Shown piece by piece: positions 55,695 through 64,000 of a stretch of DNA of 64,000 bases (position 1 is the stretch's first letter; each line of letters begins with the position of its first letter). A program made the position numbers and the translations under genes. The stretch covers positions 1,116,001-1,180,000 of the forward strand of contig NIVC01000013.1 in the NCBI GenBank assembly GCA_002269645.1. Direction: 5' to 3'. This DNA is from Macrostomum lignano (taxonomy: Eukaryota). The notes under the pieces were generated by a model. The model was not told where the DNA came from and did not search any database. It saw only the letters and a list, made by a program, of their open reading frames with translations.

Positions 55695-58174
55695 CTAAGA
55701 CAGACAGACACACAGACAGACAGACACACAGACAGACAGACAGACACACAGACAGACAGCCAGACAAAGACACAGCTGGATAACATTCCACAACAAAAGC
55801 CAGCACTCACCCGAACCCTGCAGCGGGCCAGCGCGGCCCTCAGCTTATCAGCGTGCATATCGGATTCGCAAGCCTCAACCGGGCTGATCTGGCCGCTCGG
55901 TATGGGAAAATTTGCGGGTCTCTGGCTGGGTTTCTTGGGCCGTTTGGCCCGGCAGAGCTTGCGCATGTCCAGCTCGGTGCTGCTCACGGTGCCCGGGGGC
56001 GGTCTGTACAGGATCCAGAAACCGCGCTCTTGACTTTCCAGGACTCGACGCTCCAAACGGTCGCATTTCCTAGAAAGTTAGCCATTAGATTTACTATATC
56101 GAAGAAAACGGTATCCACGCCAAGAAGCGTCCCAGAGTTACTTGTGTCGCCCCAGAGTCGTTGCTGATAACACAGGTAAAATAAGAAGAAAGTGACTGTA
56201 TATGACTCTAAAACGACGATAAAAGCCGCCAAAAAGTGGTCCAAGATCCGCTTAAGAGTCCATTTTGAGGCTTTTTGATTTTCTGCGACTCTGAAGTGAT
56301 TCTGGGGCGACTCAAGTGATTCTGGGGCGACTCAAGTGATTCTGGGGCGACTCAAGTGATTCTGGGGCGACTCAAGTGATTCTGGGGCGACTCAAGTGAT
56401 TCTGGGGCGACTCAAGTGATTCTGGGGCGACTCAAGTGATTCTGGGGCGACTCAAGTGATTCTGGGGCGACTCTAGTGACTCTTGGGCGACTCTAGTGAC
56501 TCTGGGGCGACTTAAGCGACTCTTGGGCGACTCTAGTGACTCTGGGGCGACTCAAGCGACTCTAGTGACTCTTGGGCGACTCTAGTGACTCTGAGGCGAC
56601 TCAAGCGACTCTCGGGCGACTCTAGTGACTCTTGAGCGACTCTAGTGACTCTTGGACGACTCAAGTGACTATGGGGCGCTTCTATAATAACTCTGGAGCC
56701 GTTGAGTCGAATCTTAGGCGTGCTAGAGTCACTGTAGAATCACTGAGTTGCGTGTAGAGAGCATCTGCCTCATTTTTCTAATTATAATCGTAATTACCTG
56801 AGTTTTACTCGGATAATAGGGAGAGAGACAAGATTAGTAACTTCACGCTTCAGGCGCGACTTTTAACAAGAAACACGGCAAGCCCTCATTCCACTAAGGG
56901 GCACCTTAGACCTTTAACTAAGCTCCCCCGGATAGACCTTAAAAGGACTATCATTATTCCATGTCAAGTTTGTATGCACACAATTGCACAATTGCAACAA
57001 AAGATGATAATCATGACTAGTCTTACTACTGGAATTTAACAGTCAGTTGCAGCTGGTTACCTAGCGGCACACGGCTGTCGGGTAACTTAAAATTCTAATT
57101 ATAACATATACTACTATTAGTAGACTTCACTAGCTAAAAAGCATGGATAGTTGGAACCTGATGGTTTTTAGGAAGCATCTGTTGCTTGAAATAGCTAAAT
57201 GGGCTGCTAAACTAGTGAATATTACCATCTAACCAAATAACGCACAATCCCACTAATTACCTGTCAACTTTAGCCTCAGCCTCAGCTTGCAAATAAATCA
57301 ATTCCCATTTATGCGACAATAATCGTTGCAATCTAGCCAAGTTTTCAGCTTCATAATCGGCCAGTTCTAATCGCTGCTTATTTAATAGAGTCCGCTTGCA
57401 CAGGTAAACAGCATAGTCGGTATTATCTAATCTTTCCGGAGATTTACTCGGCCATAGACATGGAGTTTGAAATCGATAATAGGAAGAATCGTTGCGAACA
57501 GCTAACTGATGCCCTTCAACAGGTATGATGTAACCGTGAGTAGCCAGCATAGTAGCCAAATGGGACGCTTCCTGAGCATCATCAGCGTCAGCGTTGGCCT
57601 GCAGCCAGCTGCACATCTCCGCCCCAGTAAAACACGACGGCCTGGAGGACATAAACGATTTCACGGTGCGAACACTAATACCAGAATCTTCGTTCTGCAT
57701 CCGTTCTAATAGGCGCTCCAACTTAGTCCACAGGTAAGTGTTCGGATGCTGCAGTCGTTCCAGCTGATGCTGATGATGCGGCTGGTGATGAAGGATGCGC
57801 TGGCGTCGACTACTGCTACCTGCACTGCTGCTTCCGCCAGCAACGCCAGCAGCAAATGTCACTGAAGGACCCGCTAAACTAGTTGACGAAGTTGAGGAAG
57901 ACGCCACCGCTGATACCGATGCTGCGGACGATGATGAAGCTCCAGATAAGCCAGCAGCTGGACTGCCTGTTGACCTAGTGGACGAAGTCGATGGTGAATG
58001 ATGACCTGGAGACAAAGTCACATTGTTATTGGACTGCGTCATATTCTGGTGGTGGTGATGCTGATAATTGGAGTGTTTGAGAATTCCACCGCCTAAGGAG
58101 CCGCTGCTGCCGGCACCAGTGCTGCCGCTGCTACTACTGCCACTGTGGGAGTTCACTTTGCGTCTGTGTACCAT
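50682..58174 (-). CDS. RGS7: Regulator of G-protein signalling, R7 family (RGS6/7, EGL-10-like), ~645 aa
   Basis: Exons 58174-57261, 56069-55811, 53945-53658 and 51158-50682 (phases 2,0,0). DEP ([16 protein letters not shown]), DHEX ([21 protein letters not shown]), GGL ([11 protein letters not shown]) and RGS box ([31 protein letters not shown]). Confidence 0.95.
51285..51545. repeat. 23-bp minisatellite (AGGGCGATTCTCAGGGTGATTGA)
   Basis: About 11 units. Confidence 0.85.
51915..53615. repeat. 21-bp minisatellite (GGGATCTAGATTATTGGTTTA), RGS7 intron 3
   Basis: About 80 units. Confidence 0.95.
54020..54512. repeat. 21-bp minisatellite (GGACAGGCACCCTACCGGTGA)
   Basis: About 23 units. Confidence 0.95.
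55120..55765. repeat. (GACA)n microsatellite, ~640 bp
   Basis: Direct reading; periodic ACTAA interruptions. Confidence 0.95.
56120..56950. mobile_element. Dispersed GACTC/GAGTC-rich repeat element, copy B, containing a 20-bp array (56295-56690, unit CTGGGGCGACTCAAGTGATT)
   Basis: Homology blocks to 26240-26775, with a visible tandem array inside. Confidence 0.5.
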
Positions 58175-60543
58175 GCAGCAATTCTAAGCAGTACAAATGG
58201 TATGATTTTTTGGGCCAACTGGACCTCTTTTGTATGTAGAAATCTGTGCACCAAATAATTGCTTTTCTTCTGGCTGCCCAGCTGCAATTTGAACCAAGTA
58301 GATGTCAAACTGTCATTCATTAACTATATAAGATATTATTAATTTTGAAGTTTTAAGTAGTAAATACTAGCCTGAACAATAAAATATAAAGCTCTAAAAC
58401 TTATACAGAGTCAAGATTTAATCTATTAGGTCATCTTTAATAAGGGGGGTACAAATTAGCTGATTAACTAGGCTTTTAATGTGCATATTGCTACCAGGTT
58501 GCTATAAAAACACAAATAATAAATCAGGTTGACAGGCAAAAAATTAAAATAGAAAATTTGTTGACCTTGATGTCAGCCTGACATTTGACCAAGGAAAAAA
58601 CATTTAATATCATATTTATATATATGTTATATGATATTGGTCAAAGGTCAGTGCTAACATCAGTAAGACATTAGCCAATGTTGGATTATTTTATAGGCTA
58701 TGCTTATCTTAGGCCCTATGTCTAACATTATTATTTTAATATATATAATATAATATATTATGATAAAATTTGAATCTAGGTCTACTCCTAAGCCTTTAGC
58801 CATACTATCTAGGTTTTTGAGCATAGAATGTGCCTTTAAACCCTGAATTTTGAAATTGCACCTTGAAATTGAAAAAGTAGATACAATTTAGATATGGTCT
58901 CACAAACTATTTTCATTTTTAGGCCTTATTTGCACTTAGAAAAGAGAAATTGCATTCTGAGCCCTAAAATTGCACTTTGAAATTGGTTACAATGTGTAAT
59001 TTGGCATCTTGTCTCAGGAAAAAACTAGCTAACTATCTAATATATAGTATTATTAGCAATAGTAAATTTTGATAATAGACCATCTTGGCAATAATGATTT
59101 TGCTTAATAGAATCAAGTCACTATGGCTTTGGTAAAATCCTTGTTGGTAACATAAGGCTTTATTTTAAATAGCCTATAATGATCTTTCTAATTCTATTAT
59201 ATATTTTTAATAAAAAGATTTATAATTTAAAAAATGAATTCTTTATTAGCAATATTAATAAGAACTTTATTTGAAATAAATTATAATGACTACTCTTTCT
59301 ATCTATCCTTGACTTGAACATAAATTAATGTTTTTATATAAAGTAAAGGAAAATTTATATTGTCAGTGATAAACTTTTTGCTTTTTTTTAAATTAATAAT
59401 AAATAAAATTAGTGTAAATTTTTGCTAAGAGTACTAATTTTGCATCATATTTTTGTAGGTATAATTTAAGTTTGTTTAAATTGAAAATATTTGTAATATT
59501 TTAAAAACACTTTTCATACAAAAGCCTTTCTTACAAAACTCTACTTGTGAAACCGAATGACCTTTTTTAGGAATTTTTGGTGTACATTAGTGTAACTTTT
59601 TGTTTTTGGCGTACACTGGCATACAAAGTCCTTGACACCCAAATTTTTTCCAGCATACACGGGTATATGATCCGCACACTAGCATGCAAGCAAGCCAGAT
59701 TTTCATTTTTAGTAAATGGATACTGTAATACTTTTTTTCTTTCTTTGACTCTATTGGTCACTATATGTTGTATGTTAATAGAGAAGACACAAAGTATGCC
59801 CCCAGCCCAATGTTTTGTTGTCTAGGGCATAACCTATTATTTTATAATAAAGTACAAGCTAGTTACAACATGAATCCCAAGAGGAGTTCACAACTACAGG
59901 AGTAATATGATAGCTCAAACCCCTAAGTGAACCGTTGTCTTCTTACTTAAATGTAGCAGCTCCACGTTGGAGCAGAAAACATAATACTATATCACTATTA
60001 TTGGTTGTTATAATAATAAATTAATAGGCAACACATTCAACTATTTTCCTAAGGTGTTAATGTTCTATTTATATGATCTATTTTTAGATCTGTAATGATA
60101 GCATGCACAATTAAATAGATGGTAAGCAATAGGAAATTAAAGTATGAGACAGTCACTTAACAGATTCCATGTGGGTGTCTCATTGTCAAAAGAAAACTAA
60201 AGTTCATCATTGTTTGGGAGCAATTAGAAAGTCAATCAATTTGGTTGTTTTGCTAATCTTATAGTTCTAATAAATCTTATTGATAGAGCTTAATAGTTTG
60301 TTTTGTATATTTATTTAAAGTTAGCATTTGTATAAATGATGATTGTCAATATTTAGAATAATTTGAAAACTTAATCACTTTCTAGATCTATATTAGAATA
60401 GTTTGTCAACTTGGTTTCCTTGCTAGGCCTATACCTGTGTAGATACTTCCACCTTCAAAATAGCTTTAAACTGTAGACCTGCTAAGCCTAAAGCTAGGCC
60501 TAATATATGCTCAATTCATTCAACAAAATTTGTATGAGGCAAG

Positions 60544-61785
60544 TGTTGTGGCCGCTGGCCAAATGAATAGTCAATAATTCACTTAAGGCAAAGAAGAGGA
60601 GAGGAGAGGTGGCTCTCAGCTATAGTGAGCTAGCCAATATATATTATCTGACTGATACGAGCTAGATGTACATTGATGCGTGTACGTTACATAATAGCAT
60701 TGAGCATGCACATTCACAACATCATCCCCCCGTGCAAAGAGGTGACAGATTACGGGTGGGATAAGCAGACGCATTAAAGCAAGCAATGTCAATGGAACAG
60801 TTTTTGGTGCATGAGCAGTCAGTTAGTCAAGTCAGTCAATCGTGAGTCACAACGTTGCCGAACCATTGAGGCGGTGCACGAAGTCTCTCAGAGCGGCGCA
60901 GCGGTGGCGTTGGTGGTGGCGCCTCTGGTTGCCCGCCGTCCGGCTGTTGCAGAGCCTCTGTGTCATCTGCCGTCGGTCAGAGTGATGGTGTTGTCCTCGC
61001 GACTGACGACTGTCTGTGGCTCAGAGACACCGCTGCTGAGCTTTCCGCGCCTCGGCCGGCGGACGCGGCTCCCAACAGTCAGCACTGCGTCCTTCAGCAG
61101 TTGGTTCTGCTTGCGCATCCGGCAGCGGCTCTTGGCCCGCTGCTGTTGCTCCGTGACGCTGCGCCGCAGCTCCTGGTCCGTCATTGACTCGGTGCTTGCT
61201 GGTTGAAGACGATTGAGAGGCAGGCGGAGCTTCCATCCCAGCATCAGTTTGGCCGGCGACTTCTTCGTCAGCGCGTGCTCAGATGATCGATACGCGAGCA
61301 ACAGCTCCTGAACCGCCTGCTTTACTGGCACACTGTCGGCGAGTAGTGCGCGCAGTGACGTCTTGATGAAGCCGTTGAATCTCTCGACTCCGCCATTCTG
61401 CTGTGGACAGTAGAATGGAGTGCGTCGGTGCTTGATGCCGAGCGAGCTGAGGAAGTCCGTGAACTTGGTTGACACAAACTGAGGTCTGTTGTCCGTGGTA
61501 ATTTCGTCTGGAAGCCCCCAGCGGACGAATAGGCTGCGAAGGGCTTCGATACACGCAGCGGAAGTCACGGATGAAGATGCGATGATCTCAGGCCACTTGG
61601 AGTAGAGATCGTGGACGACAATGAAAAATCGATAGGACTGCGGCACATTGGCTTCCGGCAGCTCTCCAACGACGTCAACTTGCAGCTGCCGCCATGGACA
61701 TGGACCCGCTGGTAGCTCTGTCGTTGACCATGGGACCTTGATCGGCTTGAACGCTTTCTCGGACAGGACGCAGGCATATGTGATT
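60544..61785 (-). mobile_element. Ty3/Gypsy LTR retrotransposon remnant: integrase core, PPT and 3' LTR
   Basis: Integrase with QVDVV, TTDNRPQF and GGVERFN (DD35E spacing), plus YRSSEH..SPAKLMLG. The polypurine tract GGGGGGATGA directly precedes a 178-bp LTR (60721-60544) with perfect TGTTGTG...CACAACA ends. Confidence 0.88.
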
Positions 61786-64000
61786 GCAAGTAGGCCTATT
61801 ACAAGGCAAAAAATACCTTGATAGCTATGCTTAGGACTGCTATAACAACCACAACCAGTTTTCTATTCTTCCATTTATAGCTTAAGGGCAGGTTTAAATT
61901 TAAAATAAAAAAAGAAAGGCAGTTGTTATTTGTCCGGTGACTAGATAAATAGCAATGTGGTTATTTGTCCAGTTACTGGATCCTGACCATGCTTTCCTAT
62001 TCATCCGGTTAATACCAGACAAATAGACATTTTGTTATTTCTCCGGTTAAATTGATAATGCTAAAATATCTAGTTCATAAAAACCACAAGGGTAAATATT
62101 CTTAGACTTCAAAGACTTCTTACTCGTATCTTGATTATTATATTGTTATACTAGTATGTGTCTTATACATCAAATTATGCCAAATTGAATACACTGTTTT
62201 GCTTACACTCTAAGTCTAGTATAGGCCTATATATAAGAAAATATTAATCAGTATACGAGAAAAGGTCTTAAAAATCTAGAATATTCATCACGAAACAAAT
62301 AAGATACTTGTGTTAGCAATTTTACTGGACAATTAGCAAAAAGGCTATTTGTCTGGTCACCGGACAAATAACAACTGTCAAAAAGAAATTGCACTCAATC
62401 TGTCTAAGCTTTAAAATCTCACCCTGAAATTGGGCACAGCCCACAGGGTTCAATTTTGCACCTAATTTTTAACATGGCTTTAGCTACAAATTACATGTAT
62501 ATTGTTAATATTGTTATATTAGGCCTATACTAAGATAGGCAGGCCCTAGACAGAAAACACTAAATTAATTGAAGATGACAATGACCTAAATCAAAATCAA
62601 GATAAGGTAATAAATAGGGAATTTGTTCCTTATTATCTATTCTGTCACTTACTAAGCTTAAGGTTACTTAAAGTTATTATTTTCAACAAAAATAATTTAA
62701 CATGCAAAACTACAGCCACAGGATTTCTGAGGAGGATTGCCCTTTTGAAATAATAAAATGGCAAATGACATAATGACTAAAAACAATTTATCTTATCTTG
62801 TCAATCTATCAACCTTAGTAAATTCTTTGGAAATAAACTTTTTTGTCAAGTTTATTAAATAAACAACTGCCCATAAAATTACAAGAAAACAGTGTGAAAA
62901 AAGTCGATCTCGCTAATAACGATCGACGAGGTAACGATAACGATATCGCTATATTTTTTGTAACGAAAAACAATGGGAAAATCATGATAAAAATCGAAAC
63001 TTCTTTGTTTTTATTCTATGTGTGCCTTTTTCAATAATATACTAACGATTAATTGCAAAGGAAAGATTTTTAAGCCGTACTTTTTGTTTTATTGTATTTA
63101 GCTGACATTTAAATTTATCGCGTGGAAGAAACGCGCGTGTCCTGTCTGAAATAATTTAAAACATCGATAGCGGAATTTCGCTGAGTTTGTTTTCTCATCA
63201 TAATAAAATTTTCTGCTAGAATTTTTTGACAGGAAATTTTGCAACATCCGTCAGCAGCCTTAAAATCCGCTTCGTGATGCTTCGAGTCGAACTGCCGTTA
63301 AAAAACTTGGTGAATTGAAGCTGCGGTGCTGGTCTTCCAAATTAACATGAAATTACGAAAGGATGCTTTTATCAAGGACCACTGTATATAGATATATACA
63401 TGCAGTGGTCCTTGTCTTTTATATTCGCCTGTTCATGTGTACACTTTAGGCGTTTTGTGTTTTGTAAAATACATGATTTTCAAGACCAAATGCAAATGTT
63501 TGCAGGAAACTCGCGAACACAAAAGAAGCAGAGCTGGTCGTAACCCTAGAGTGAAAAGTTCCATATACATTATACAGTATATACTTGTGTACTGTACTAC
63601 ATGTGACTGTACAGACTGCTTACTATACACGTACGTTGTTGCTAATTGAATTCACACTGGGCGAGAGAAATTATGCATGAGCATTTCGGAACAGCTTTAA
63701 GATCAAAGCGATAAGTAAAATTGCAGTCCAGTCACACCTGCCCTTAATGATTGACTTGATTAAGGCAATTGACTTGAAATACCTATGCTAATTCCCACTG
63801 GTTTTATTTATTTTGGCCGTAAGCAGCCTGAGGATGCAAATATATGTATGCACATGTATCTTGGCCGAGGCAAAGCTTAATAAAAATATTTATTGGCCCG
63901 AGAACAAAAGCAGTTTTGTTTAAACGAAAAAAACATGCAGAAAACGTAAAATTGAGGTGAAGCAACAACAGCAGATAATTTTGTCATTTTGGAATTGCAG

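Noticed and set aside
18943-55806. Long periodic ORFs (e.g. 18943-19747, 21388-22485, 35364-36074, 40613-41584, 49128-50534, 54041-54754, 55042-55806)
   Set aside because: These are conceptual translations of stop-free tandem repeats, open in several frames and strands, and lying in introns or intergenic space.

Overview
Eukaryotic (metazoan) genomic DNA with GT-AG introns, GC-rich exons and AT-rich non-coding DNA. About 27% of the window (~17 kb) is roughly 25 different minisatellite or microsatellite arrays. This architecture suggests a free-living flatworm such as Macrostomum lignano (inference, not verified). Genes reconstructed by hand: UBE2R/CDC34 (4 exons, -); a small Cys-rich, Lys-tailed protein (2 exons, +); an intronless orphan class A GPCR with a ~300-aa ectodomain (+); an OCRL/INPP5B 5-phosphatase (8 exons, -, one apparent 1-nt frameshift); a degenerate ALK/LTK-type glycine-rich-domain gene (+); a TMEM272-like protein (-); a tail-anchored class II aldolase-like protein (-); an RGG + 8xCCCH + RS protein with ZAP/PARP12-like fingers (5 exons, -); and RGS6/7 (EGL-10-like, 4 exons, -). 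Mobile elements: a complete Tc1/mariner carrying an in-frame LINE fragment, two hAT-type MITEs, two tRNA-derived CORE-SINEs, a Tc1 fragment, a foldback element and a Ty3/Gypsy integrase plus 3' LTR remnant. The most notable signals are the transposase-RNaseH chimeric ORF, the ZAP-like protein without WWE/PARP, the arrays starting just inside 5' splice sites, minisatellites carried inside MITEs, and a possible trans-spliced co-oriented gene cluster. No CRISPR, rRNA or true tRNA gene was found.
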